A stretch of 42,338 bases of DNA from IMG/VR virus record IMGVR_UViG_3300009360_000004; one strand, given 5' to 3'. Source of the DNA: a virus. Shown piece after piece: positions 7,037 through 16,474 of the stretch. The translations under genes were made by a program, and so were the position numbers. Within the stretch, counting starts at the first letter, position 1. Every line of letters starts with the position of its first letter. The notes beneath the pieces are model-generated. The model saw only the letters and a list, made by a program, of their open reading frames with translations, was not told where the DNA came from and ran no database searches.

Positions 7037-10000
7037 GTGATGACTATGGCTTTCGAAGGACTGAATTTTGATGTTGGCCTGAACTCGAGGCCGTTCACAG
7101 ACGGAATCAAGACGATGCAGACTCAGGCTGCCTCGTTTGATAATACAATCAAGAATATTGGCAGAACGCTTATGGGAGTCTTCGGGACCGTCTCTGTCGT
7201 CGCCACACTGAAGAAGTCTATCGAGTTGTGGGGCGAGCAGGAGCAAGCGATGATGAAACTCTCCATCGCCGCGCAGAGGTTCACGAGAGACGCGCAGGGT
7301 ACATACGACAGGGTCACAAAACTGTCGGGCAATCTCCAGCACCTCACGGGCATAGGGAACGAGACGTACCAATCCGTCGCGGCTCTGGGCCTCTCGCTCG
7401 GAATCACGGAGGAGAAGATCGAGAACGCCACGACCGCGGCGGCCCTCCTCTCGCAGGTGACGGGGATGGATCTGAACAGCGCCATGAAGAACCTGGCAAA
7501 GACTCAGGCGGGATTGACGGGTGAACTTGGAGAAGCTCTCCCGTTTCTCAGAGAACTGACGCAAGAACAATTGAAGAGTGGTGCAGCAATCGACCTCGTG
7601 ATTCAGAAGTATGACGGCTTTGCCGAGCAGCTTTCAGGCACAACGCAGGTGGCGATGAAGAGATTCTGGTCCGCGCTTGGAGATGTCGGGGAGGTCCTGG
7701 GCAAGTCGTTCAACCCCTTGATTCAAAAAGCCGCTGACTGGATGGAAGGCTTCAGCTCGAAGATCGAGAAACCGACCGACATTCTCAAGACACTAAAAGA
7801 CACGATCAAGGCAGGATACGAAGAACTCGGGCCGTTCGGCAAGGCTGTTGTAGGTGTAGGTGCTGCGTTCCTGACGCTCAAGGTTGCTGGCACTGCATGG
7901 AGCTTGCTCTCACAGATAGTTGTGGCTGGTGGTCATCTGATTGTAGGCGTGTTCAAGACGATATTCTCGTGGCCCACACTCTTAATTGCTGGTTTGTACA
8001 CCCTTCGTGTTGCATGGGATCACGACTGGTTCGGGATTCAGGGGACGGTTGAACACGTTTGGAAAGTGATTGAGCCTATATTTATAAAACTCAAAGACGG
8101 TCTCGTCTCAGCCTCCACATGGGCTATATCTCTGGTTTGGGAAGGCGTGAAGTGGGCTGGAGAAAAGATAGCCGTCACATACGAAACTATCAAAGACTGG
8201 GTGCTCGAAGAGCTTGCACTTGGGAAGTCCCCGCTTGAGATCGTCGTTGATGCCGCAAAGATTGCGGGCGGTGTTGTCTGGGATGGTCTTACATGGGTAG
8301 GAGAAAAAATCGCGCTAGGTACGCAAATAGTCTTTGACTGGGTAAAATCTCAATTTGGAGATGAAATAGAGGTTGTAATCAATGCAGCTAAAGTCTTCGG
8401 TGGTATGGTTTGGAAAGGGCTCAAATGGGCCGGAGAGAAAGCAATAGTTACTGCACAGATGATTTATGATTTTGCTCTTAAATATGTACCGCTTGGTATT
8501 GAGACTGTTATCAACGTTGCATCAGTGTTTGGTTCGGTGATTTGGTCCGGCTTAAAATGGATAGGTGAAAAAGCAGTTAATCTTGCGGTTCTTATCAAAG
8601 ACTTTGCAGAAAGTGAAATAGATACAGGCTTTGAACAAACAATACAGATTGCAAAAGTCTTCGGCTCTATCATATGGTCTGGTCTCAAGTGGGTTGGAGA
8701 AAAGATAGTTCTCGGTATCAAAGTGATAGAAGGTTGGGTGAGAGATCAACTTGATCTCCCAGAAACCGCAACGCTCCCTGAAATCTTCCTTGATATGGTC
8801 AGAGTAGTTGGCACGGCAGCGTGGGATGGCTTGAAATGGGTAGGCCAGAAGGTTGCTATTGGTGCCAAAGAAGTCTATGATTGGGCTTCCGAAGGGCTAG
8901 AAACAGGCTTTGAACTCACAATCGAAGTTGCTAAACTGTTTGGCGGGGTAGCCTGGCAAGGGTTGGTAAAACTCGGTGAATGGTCATATGATGTTGCTGT
9001 GTGGGCTAAGGACAATGTCCTCCCTGCTGTGATTGAGACTACGGTTGAAGTTGGAAAGGTAATCGGTGGCGTTAGCTGGCTAGGTCTCAAATGGGTAGGT
9101 TCACAGATTGCGATAGGTTTTGACACTCTCAGAAACTGGGTCTATTCGGAGCTTGGCCTTGACAAGTATGGAGCGACATCAAATATCCTGATCGAAGTTG
9201 CCAAAGTCTTCGGAGGTCTAGGCTGGCTCGGTTTGAAATGGACCGGAGAAACGATAATTCTCGGATACGAAGCGCTCAAGAAGTGGACTGAAGAGCAGCT
9301 AGGCACCACACCGGTTGACATCATTCTCAATGTTGCGAAAGTAACAGGCACGGCAATCTGGGAAGGTGTGAAGTGGATAGACGACAAACTCCCAAAGATT
9401 GATCTCGGTGCTGACGATGAACAGAAAGTAGATCAGGGCATCGTGGATGTAGTTGTGAGTGCGATAGCTAACATTGCATCGTGGCAGTGGAGGGGCTTTG
9501 TCTGGCTCACTGAGAAGGCTTCATTCGGGCTCGACTGGCTCGCAGATCAGATCCGACCGAAAATAAATGTTGAAGTAAACGGAGACGATAACTCGGGTTT
9601 TGATATTGGAGATATAGGAGTATTCGCAAAGGGAGTCGCGAAGGTATTCTCAATGAAGTGGGAAGCCGTCAAGTGGCTCTGGACGAAAGTCACACAGAGC
9701 ACTTTCATTGAGGACCTGAAAAACAGAATAAAGAAATCATCGGGCATAGATGATGAGGTCGAAGTCACCTGGAAAGACTTGTTAGTCCGGGGCTTCGGCT
9801 CTATTGGCTCTGCCGCGTGGGATGGTCTTACATGGTTTGCGGAAGGTCCGGTACATACATTTGCCGACTGGGTACGAAAGCAGATCGGTATGAGCGAAGC
9901 CGGAGAGATGAAAGTAAACCTCGGGGATGACATTAAAGTGATCCTCTCGGGTGCAGTCTCTGGTGCGACTTGGCTAGTTGATTGGGTCAAACAAGGGATA

Positions 10001-12346
10001 GGGGCCGCAACCGAATGGCTTCAAGATGTAGGAGCAGTCCTTCGTAGGGCTGTGGAAGGCGTAGAAATGAGCGCAGAGGATATAAAACTCTATGAAACCA
10101 CGGCTTCGTTTGGCGTAAAATTGGGTGAGTTCATAGGTGCTGGAATCAAAGCGGGCCTCAATCTTCTTGACATAATTCAGAGTGCGCTTGCTGGAGTAAT
10201 TGCAGAAATGACAGGCTCAAAAGAAGTTGGCCAAGTTGCTGGGACTGCAATTCCTTTGTTTTTCACTGCAAAGTGGCTCATGACTCCAATTGCTACACTT
10301 ACCCCATTTCTTGTTGCTGCAATGGGTTTCGCGGGATTGAAGCCTCTCACTTTCGGGACGTTCGGTGTGATGGTTGCGTTAAAAGTTGCGCAGGATCTTT
10401 CAACAGGCGAGGCCGAGTGGCAGGACATAGGGGCAAGGTTCGTTGCCGCCCTTGCCGTGGGTATGGGGATAGGAGCGTTTCTCGGCAGTCCGAGCGCGGG
10501 GGTGCTGACATTCGAGCTTCTCATGCTCGTCAAAGTTGAAAAGTTTGTTGACAGCATAGGAAATGTTGTGAAAGATCTTGTGGACGCTGTCCTGTTCCCT
10601 GAATTCGTCGATCTTCCTGTATCTGAGAAGATGGAGAAGACTATCGGCGCACTTGAAAAGCTCGATCAGACTCTTGACAGACCCGCAGACAATCTTGCAA
10701 CGTGGCTCATCACTGTGGATGAAGCACTCGGAAATTTTTACAATACATTCCCGACGAAAGTCGAACTCAATCAGATGGGCGAACTTGAACAGAGCTACTA
10801 TATGGCCGTGCTCGAATATGCTCATGCCCTTGAGGCGTCATCAAATGCGATACTCGATGCAGCAGATGATCTTGCAGCAACGGCTCAAATGATCGAGAAC
10901 ATGAGACAGATAGTTGTGCCGATACCTGGGAAAGCAGAAGGCGGTTACATCTCAGGCCCGGGCGGTCCTAAAGAGGATAGAATACCCGCCCTACTCTCGA
11001 ACGGTGAGTTCGTAGTCAATGCGAAGTCAACCGAAAAGTGGCTACCGTTCTTGAAAGCAATCAATGCTCAAGGCTTTGCAGACGGTGGAATAGCTCGGTT
11101 TGCCACAGGCACGGCAACGAAGATAGACGTTGGCAGTATTGGTGGTGGTCCGCTCACATGGTGGGATACAATTCTAAACACCCTTATGAGTGTGGTCGGA
11201 GACTATGCCGAGACCGCAAAGAAAGACTTCGGGATGATTAAGAACGTACTCGGAGACTTGCTCAGAACAATAGGTCTTGACATCGACGCGCCGCTAGACA
11301 ATCTGAACAAACTGCAAAGTGAGCTTGACGGTCTGACTCTTTCTACGAGCGATACAGGTGATACAGTAGAAGACTTCATGACCGCCATGTTCAGGGGATA
11401 TCGCAAAATCAATCAAATCTCTGAGGTTCTCAGTGAAGGCAAGATAGAGAACGTCAATAGACAGCTTGCGTTCCTTGATACTGCGATGAACGATCTTGAA
11501 AAACAGTTCATGGAAGGAACCATCCAGCTCGGAGAGTACACGGAAAGAATGACATATCTCAAGAATTTGACAGACAGTTTCTCTGACTCTCTCGGAGACC
11601 TCAAGAAGAAGATTGAACGCAGCTCGATAGTCGGTGACTCATCCGAGATATTCAAGGTTGACGAGAACACCGGCGAGCTGGTCTCTGTATTTGCAAAACT
11701 GAGGCCGGGCATGGAAGGACTCACAGATGTTGTGGGCAATTTAGCCACAGCGGGTGAAATGTTTGCCATGAGTCTGTTGAATCAGGTCGTGAACCTCGAA
11801 GCTATCAACATGCTCCTGAATCCGATCTCAACGATTCTCACAGGTGTGATGGAGATACTAGGTCCGATCATCAACCTCTTGAAACCTCTCGGCGACGCGC
11901 TGGTCAGCATAGGCAGAGTCTTCGCCCTGACGTTCAATCTCTTCGGTCAGGGCCTCCTGGTTCTCCAACCGTTCTTCAAGGCTCTAGGCTGGCTCGGTGC
12001 TACGATCTCGTATATCGCGGACCAGATAGTCCTGTTCGTCGATGGAATTTTCACCTGGTTAAGCACTCTGCCGTTCATAGGTGGTCTGTTCAGTCCTCTC
12101 CTAACAGAGGATCAGAGGCAGAGCATGAAGCGCACCATCCCGGAGAGGATGGAAGATATCGAGCTTCCACAGTCCACGACAGGGCAGGTCTTCCAGGCAG
12201 GGAGTTCCCAGCACATCACGAACAACTACCACTTCGAGTTCAGGGGAAACGACATTCTCACAGAAGACGACGAAAGCGCCCGACGGTTCGCAGATCTCAT
12301 CTACAAGAACCTTCGCGATCGCGGCGTTCAGTTGCAGGTAGGGTGA
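7037..12346 (+). CDS. Tail tape measure protein
   Basis: 1769 aa ORF (ATG at 7040 or 7046 more likely than GTG 7037); largest gene, after the chaperone pair; N-terminal coiled coil, hydrophobic central segments, at least ten tandem ~45 aa repeats carrying W-x-G-L-K-W-x-G-E-K. Confidence 0.85.
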   Translation: MMTMAFEGLNFDVGLNSRPFTDGIKTMQTQAASFDNTIKNIGRTLMGVFGTVSVVATLKKSIELWGEQEQAMMKLSIAAQRFTRDAQGTYDRVTKLSGNLQHLTGIGNETYQSVAALGLSLGITEEKIENATTAAALLSQVTGMDLNSAMKNLAKTQAGLTGELGEALPFLRELTQEQLKSGAAIDLVIQKYDGFAEQLSGTTQVAMKRFWSALGDVGEVLGKSFNPLIQKAADWMEGFSSKIEKPTDILKTLKDTIKAGYEELGPFGKAVVGVGAAFLTLKVAGTAWSLLSQIVVAGGHLIVGVFKTIFSWPTLLIAGLYTLRVAWDHDWFGIQGTVEHVWKVIEPIFIKLKDGLVSASTWAISLVWEGVKWAGEKIAVTYETIKDWVLEELALGKSPLEIVVDAAKIAGGVVWDGLTWVGEKIALGTQIVFDWVKSQFGDEIEVVINAAKVFGGMVWKGLKWAGEKAIVTAQMIYDFALKYVPLGIETVINVASVFGSVIWSGLKWIGEKAVNLAVLIKDFAESEIDTGFEQTIQIAKVFGSIIWSGLKWVGEKIVLGIKVIEGWVRDQLDLPETATLPEIFLDMVRVVGTAAWDGLKWVGQKVAIGAKEVYDWASEGLETGFELTIEVAKLFGGVAWQGLVKLGEWSYDVAVWAKDNVLPAVIETTVEVGKVIGGVSWLGLKWVGSQIAIGFDTLRNWVYSELGLDKYGATSNILIEVAKVFGGLGWLGLKWTGETIILGYEALKKWTEEQLGTTPVDIILNVAKVTGTAIWEGVKWIDDKLPKIDLGADDEQKVDQGIVDVVVSAIANIASWQWRGFVWLTEKASFGLDWLADQIRPKINVEVNGDDNSGFDIGDIGVFAKGVAKVFSMKWEAVKWLWTKVTQSTFIEDLKNRIKKSSGIDDEVEVTWKDLLVRGFGSIGSAAWDGLTWFAEGPVHTFADWVRKQIGMSEAGEMKVNLGDDIKVILSGAVSGATWLVDWVKQGIGAATEWLQDVGAVLRRAVEGVEMSAEDIKLYETTASFGVKLGEFIGAGIKAGLNLLDIIQSALAGVIAEMTGSKEVGQVAGTAIPLFFTAKWLMTPIATLTPFLVAAMGFAGLKPLTFGTFGVMVALKVAQDLSTGEAEWQDIGARFVAALAVGMGIGAFLGSPSAGVLTFELLMLVKVEKFVDSIGNVVKDLVDAVLFPEFVDLPVSEKMEKTIGALEKLDQTLDRPADNLATWLITVDEALGNFYNTFPTKVELNQMGELEQSYYMAVLEYAHALEASSNAILDAADDLAATAQMIENMRQIVVPIPGKAEGGYISGPGGPKEDRIPALLSNGEFVVNAKSTEKWLPFLKAINAQGFADGGIARFATGTATKIDVGSIGGGPLTWWDTILNTLMSVVGDYAETAKKDFGMIKNVLGDLLRTIGLDIDAPLDNLNKLQSELDGLTLSTSDTGDTVEDFMTAMFRGYRKINQISEVLSEGKIENVNRQLAFLDTAMNDLEKQFMEGTIQLGEYTERMTYLKNLTDSFSDSLGDLKKKIERSSIVGDSSEIFKVDENTGELVSVFAKLRPGMEGLTDVVGNLATAGEMFAMSLLNQVVNLEAINMLLNPISTILTGVMEILGPIINLLKPLGDALVSIGRVFALTFNLFGQGLLVLQPFFKALGWLGATISYIADQIVLFVDGIFTWLSTLPFIGGLFSPLLTEDQRQSMKRTIPERMEDIELPQSTTGQVFQAGSSQHITNNYHFEFRGNDILTEDDESARRFADLIYKNLRDRGVQLQVG

Positions 12347-12350
12347 TAGT

Positions 12351-12698
12351 ATGACAGTTGACATAGGATCTCTCAGTTTCACGGTGTACCCGAAGAAATA
12401 CAAGCACCCATACAGAACCAGAGTGATCGAGCCGGTGGAGGTCATAAACATTGCGCCCGACGGTTCGGCATATCACTATTGTGACGGCACGGTGAAGAGA
12501 TACAAAATACCTCTCTTCTTCACCGAGTCGGACAGAACCACGCTGGAATCATACAGGCAGACCGCGGCGACTTTGAAGATAGACTCGGAGTCTGCCGTGA
12601 ATGTGAAACTGATCGGGAACTACGAGTACAAAGAAAAGTGGATCAAAGGCGTGGCAATGTACGAAGAAACGCTTGAGTTCCTGGAGGTGGCCACATGA
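12351..12698 (+). CDS. Hypothetical tail protein (distal tail protein position)
   Basis: 115 aa ORF directly after the tape measure gene, overlapping the next gene by 4 nt. Confidence 0.4.
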   Translation: MTVDIGSLSFTVYPKKYKHPYRTRVIEPVEVINIAPDGSAYHYCDGTVKRYKIPLFFTESDRTTLESYRQTAATLKIDSESAVNVKLIGNYEYKEKWIKGVAMYEETLEFLEVAT

Positions 12699-15586
12699 GT
12701 TTTCAGGTCAACCTCAATAGTGTGGACATATCGGCCCGGATAGTCTCCGGGCCGGTTGTTCATAAGAACGACGTCCTTCACGGTCGGATCTCTCCGAACG
12801 AGTGCAGCTTCGATATAGACAACACGAATCTTGCCTATACCATCTCGAACCTCGACATTGAAGGCCAGCTCGTGGAAGTGTGGGTAGATTCAACGAAACA
12901 GTTTACAGGCTACGCAGAAAAGCCGACTCTCACGAGAAATGGTCGAACAGTCACAATCAAAGCGTTCGACAAGATGAAGCAGCTTCAGAAGCTCAAGTGC
13001 GACGACAAGATGTTCATCGGATCGACCGCGGACGACATTCTGACGTGGCTCGTGGAGACTTGCGGAGGCATAGGTTCGGGCAGTCATAGCCTCGACAGCA
13101 TACTCGTTGCGACCTCCGGCGGCACGACTCAGGCGGTCGTGGGGTACGCGTTGTATTCGGTCAAAGACAAACTCACGGATAGGCTTCAGGAGATCGTCGA
13201 TTCGTGCGGCGGGTCTATGTGGTTCGACGAGTCGGGGGTCCTCCAATTTCGGGCAGGATTCGCGGCCACCTGGTCAACGTCCACAGTCGGCACGATCACA
13301 GTCTCGAAACTGAAAGACATAGACTCTCTTCAATGGTTGCCGAGCGAGGGCGATCGAGTCATTGTCAAATCGAAGAACCGCAGTGTCAAGACCGAGAAAG
13401 AGCCCGTCTTCACCTGGTCCGGCGTGGTCACAAGTGACGGACTGCCGACCGGCAAGGACGAGAACGGCAACGCTATCACCGACGACCAGTGGCGCGCGAA
13501 GTTCGACTCTCCGGCCATTGAGATAGATGACTACGCAACCGTTGACGCGGCCAAAGAATTCGACTCCGGGCTGACACTCAATCAGACCGTGTACGACGCG
13601 AACTTCGACTCCGGCGTTCTGAAGTACCCGGACTTCATGTATCTCCAGATAGACAACAGCTCGGGCGTTGACAAGAACGTCACGAAGCTGGTTATCGAGG
13701 GGAAGCCGGTCGTGGAGAACTATCTGGAAGTGATTCACGACGCGGGTAGTTTCAACACGGAGAGGGAGGTCTCGAACGATCTGATCTCCTCGAAGGTCTG
13801 GGCTTCGTCTCTGGCGAAGTGGTTGTACGAAAACGGCAACGACAAGTTCGAAGCAGTCGTGCCGCTCGCGGACTTCTCACTTGGCTTGAGCTGGAGCGTC
13901 GGAGACAAGGTTAACATCGTCGATGCTTCGACGGGTCTTTCACACAGAGCGTGGGTCAGGGCGATAGACATAGACTACCGCAACAGGGATCTGACGGTCA
14001 CGCTCAGGAGCGACAGAGCCTCCGGGTTCGAGTACACGGCGCCTCCAGGTTCGATCACCGGTCCGGGAACGAATATACCCTACGAACCACAGTTCGGTGA
14101 CGGTTCGGCTCCGGCAACTCCTACGGGGCTCGCTCTCACGGCCTTCGCGGTCAAGAATAGAAGCTATGTCAAGGCCACGTGGGACGCGAACACCGAGGAG
14201 GACCTGATCGGGTACGAGGTGCAATGGAACTACGACAATGGTGCAACTTGGTACAACGCCGGGTTCGTGAACAACAACGAGCTGGTGATCGAGGTCACAA
14301 ATCAGTGGGTGTCGGGGACTTCATACACTGTTTACGTTCAGGTCAGGGCTGTGGATATCGAGAATCTTCGTTCCGACTGGTCGACTTCTGACAGCGAGAC
14401 TATTCTCTACGACACCACGGCACCGGCAATCCCCGGGAGCATCTCGGCGGTCGGTGGAGTCGGTTTGATTCACGTCGATTGGTCGCAGGTGTATGACTCG
14501 GACGTGGAGCAATACTATCTTTATCGAAAGGTTCAGACCTCGGACGGCGGCGCTTTCAGTGCAAATTGGACGTTCCTTGCCGCCGTGAAAGGCACTGACT
14601 TCGTAGACAAAGACGTCGAGTATCATATAACAGACTCGGACGACCCGAACTATCCGCAATGGCGAAAATATATCTACGCCGTCAGGGCGACCGATTATGC
14701 GAATAATGCTTCTGATCGCAGGGAAATGTCAACTGCAAACGCTGTCTATGCGACTCAAGCCACGGGCGATGACATAGCCGTAAACTCAATCACGGCAAAC
14801 CACATCAATGTGGCTCTGGATCTTTCGGTCGGTCGTCAGATAAAGGTCGGTTCTCAGATACAGATAGGAGCTGACGTTGGCCCTGTCGGCGATACGTTCG
14901 ACGGAATCTACGTAACAGACGGCACGAACTACGTCAGGCTCTCTGCCGATGAGGTCAAAATCAAAGGCGATTTAGTTATTGGCGCAGGAGACAACGTTAT
15001 AGAGTTCGAGGACTCGAACATCTCCCTGGGGGACACCACGACGGAAGTGGCAGGAAACCTGACGAGGTACTATCTTCAGTTCAAAGCCCTGACAGGGTGG
15101 GGGAGCGACCCTGACCGTCAGGTGTTGGCTGTCGGGTACGCCCTGAACACTACCGACGACGAGTACCATTCGTATCTGGAACTTCAGAATCGTTTCGACA
15201 ACTACTCGAATATGGCGAGATTTAACATCTATGCTAAGACCGGCTCGAATCTTTCCAGTGGTGCGCACGTCCAGCTAGGTTTCTACGCATACAACAATTC
15301 GGGGGCCAATCTTGCCGGAGGGATTCTCTCGTTCATCCGTGAGGCCGAGGCCTCTTCTAAAGGCTGGTTCTATACCGACTCGGCATTGGAGCAGGTTATC
15401 CCGTACTGGTATGGGACGAGCGGTTCGCCCACGGCTAAACTCCCGTCTTTCAGCACTTGGACGGACGCTGAAGATTGCCCGGCATCGAACATCTGGATAT
15501 GGAGAAATTCGGGGGATAGCAAATACTATCTCTATATTCGAGATGTGAATGGAGATGTTCTGAAATGTGAAATGACTTTGACATAG
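12695..15586 (+). CDS. Tail fibre / host-recognition protein with fibronectin type III-like repeats
   Basis: 963 aa; repeated beta-rich segments with the W...Y...V.A.D motif pattern of FN3 domains (e.g. KATWDANTEEDLIGYEVQWNYDNG...YTVYVQVRAVD); position after tape measure protein. Confidence 0.6.
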   Translation: MSFQVNLNSVDISARIVSGPVVHKNDVLHGRISPNECSFDIDNTNLAYTISNLDIEGQLVEVWVDSTKQFTGYAEKPTLTRNGRTVTIKAFDKMKQLQKLKCDDKMFIGSTADDILTWLVETCGGIGSGSHSLDSILVATSGGTTQAVVGYALYSVKDKLTDRLQEIVDSCGGSMWFDESGVLQFRAGFAATWSTSTVGTITVSKLKDIDSLQWLPSEGDRVIVKSKNRSVKTEKEPVFTWSGVVTSDGLPTGKDENGNAITDDQWRAKFDSPAIEIDDYATVDAAKEFDSGLTLNQTVYDANFDSGVLKYPDFMYLQIDNSSGVDKNVTKLVIEGKPVVENYLEVIHDAGSFNTEREVSNDLISSKVWASSLAKWLYENGNDKFEAVVPLADFSLGLSWSVGDKVNIVDASTGLSHRAWVRAIDIDYRNRDLTVTLRSDRASGFEYTAPPGSITGPGTNIPYEPQFGDGSAPATPTGLALTAFAVKNRSYVKATWDANTEEDLIGYEVQWNYDNGATWYNAGFVNNNELVIEVTNQWVSGTSYTVYVQVRAVDIENLRSDWSTSDSETILYDTTAPAIPGSISAVGGVGLIHVDWSQVYDSDVEQYYLYRKVQTSDGGAFSANWTFLAAVKGTDFVDKDVEYHITDSDDPNYPQWRKYIYAVRATDYANNASDRREMSTANAVYATQATGDDIAVNSITANHINVALDLSVGRQIKVGSQIQIGADVGPVGDTFDGIYVTDGTNYVRLSADEVKIKGDLVIGAGDNVIEFEDSNISLGDTTTEVAGNLTRYYLQFKALTGWGSDPDRQVLAVGYALNTTDDEYHSYLELQNRFDNYSNMARFNIYAKTGSNLSSGAHVQLGFYAYNNSGANLAGGILSFIREAEASSKGWFYTDSALEQVIPYWYGTSGSPTAKLPSFSTWTDAEDCPASNIWIWRNSGDSKYYLYIRDVNGDVLKCEMTLT

Positions 15587-15597
15587 GAGGGAATAGT

Positions 15598-15771
15598 TTG
15601 AACGACCTGAAGAGAAACTATGAGAACTTTAAGATGGCTCTAGTGGGAACAATGAATCTTGGCCTTGAGACTCTGGACAGAATGATTGCAAAAGCGGTCA
15701 CGGAGAACCAGGCGAAAGACCAGAGGATCAAGGAACTGGAAGCGAGAATCAAAGAGCTAGAGCAAAAGTAG
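15598..15771 (+). CDS. Small coiled-coil protein (XkdX-like position after the tail fibre)
   Basis: 57-codon ORF from TTG 15598, 5 nt after aggaggg RBS; too short for the ORF track; ends at TAG 15769-15771. Confidence 0.4.
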   Translation: MNDLKRNYENFKMALVGTMNLGLETLDRMIAKAVTENQAKDQRIKELEARIKELEQK

Positions 15772-15780
15772 ATATACGAA

Positions 15781-15812
15781 GAGGCCACCTGCCGGGGCGG
15801 CCTCTTCTCTTT
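15781..15812 (+). terminator. Rho-independent terminator after the tail genes
   Basis: gaggcc...ggcctc hairpin followed by ttctcttt. Confidence 0.5.
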
Positions 15813-15823
15813 GGAGGTACATC

Positions 15824-16249
15824 ATGGAGAGCTTGTACCACAACCCTATTTTAACAGTCTTTCTTTCCTTGCTGGCAATTATCATAATCGGCAACTCCGG
15901 GCTCCAACTCTATATGTTGAACGCTCCACCAGTCGTGATTGAGAAAGAGTTCGCCCATAACGGTGCCGCCGGTTGTCTTCACTGGGCGTTGCCTATCATC
16001 TATATCAACCCTACCGACCCTCCCACGACGAGCAGGGTACTCAGACACGAATATCAACACTATATGCAGAAAGCGATTCTCTCTCCGCTTGTTTTCAACA
16101 TAGCTTACTGTCTCGAAGACGCGTTGCACGGCTACGACGGCAACTGGTTCGAGCTTGACGCATACAGGGCGGAAGGTGATGGATTGGAGTTCAAGGTGTT
16201 CGGCTGGAACTTGAAAGGAATGATGGAGGTGAGACCGTGGACAAAGTAG
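15824..16249 (+). CDS. Membrane-anchored protein with HExxH motif (putative zinc metallopeptidase)
   Basis: 141 aa; N-terminal hydrophobic helix (ILTVFLSLLAIIIIG) and HEYQH motif; RBS tggaggt before ATG. Confidence 0.45.
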   Translation: MESLYHNPILTVFLSLLAIIIIGNSGLQLYMLNAPPVVIEKEFAHNGAAGCLHWALPIIYINPTDPPTTSRVLRHEYQHYMQKAILSPLVFNIAYCLEDALHGYDGNWFELDAYRAEGDGLEFKVFGWNLKGMMEVRPWTK

Positions 16250-16464
16250 TGCATGCAGGATTCGGATTCTTCTTCGCGCTCATATTTGGATTCATAATGC
16301 GCAACGCATGGCTTGGGTTCGCGATAGCTGTTCTAGCCGGGGCCACGAAAGAGGTTGTCTGGGACTGGTGGCTCAAGAAAGGGACGCCTGAGCTGTTAGA
16401 CTTCGTGGCGACACTCATCGGCGCGGCTCTAGGGTTTGCTATGCTGTTGCTCGTGCGCTTCTAG
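16237..16464 (+). CDS. Small multi-pass membrane protein (holin candidate)
   Basis: 75 aa, GTG start after ggaggt RBS; two to three hydrophobic helices (FGFFFALIFGFIM, LGFAIAVLAGA, FVATLIGAALGFAMLLLV). Confidence 0.45.
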   Translation: MDKVVHAGFGFFFALIFGFIMRNAWLGFAIAVLAGATKEVVWDWWLKKGTPELLDFVATLIGAALGFAMLLLVRF

Positions 16465-16474
16465 GGAGGTTGAT

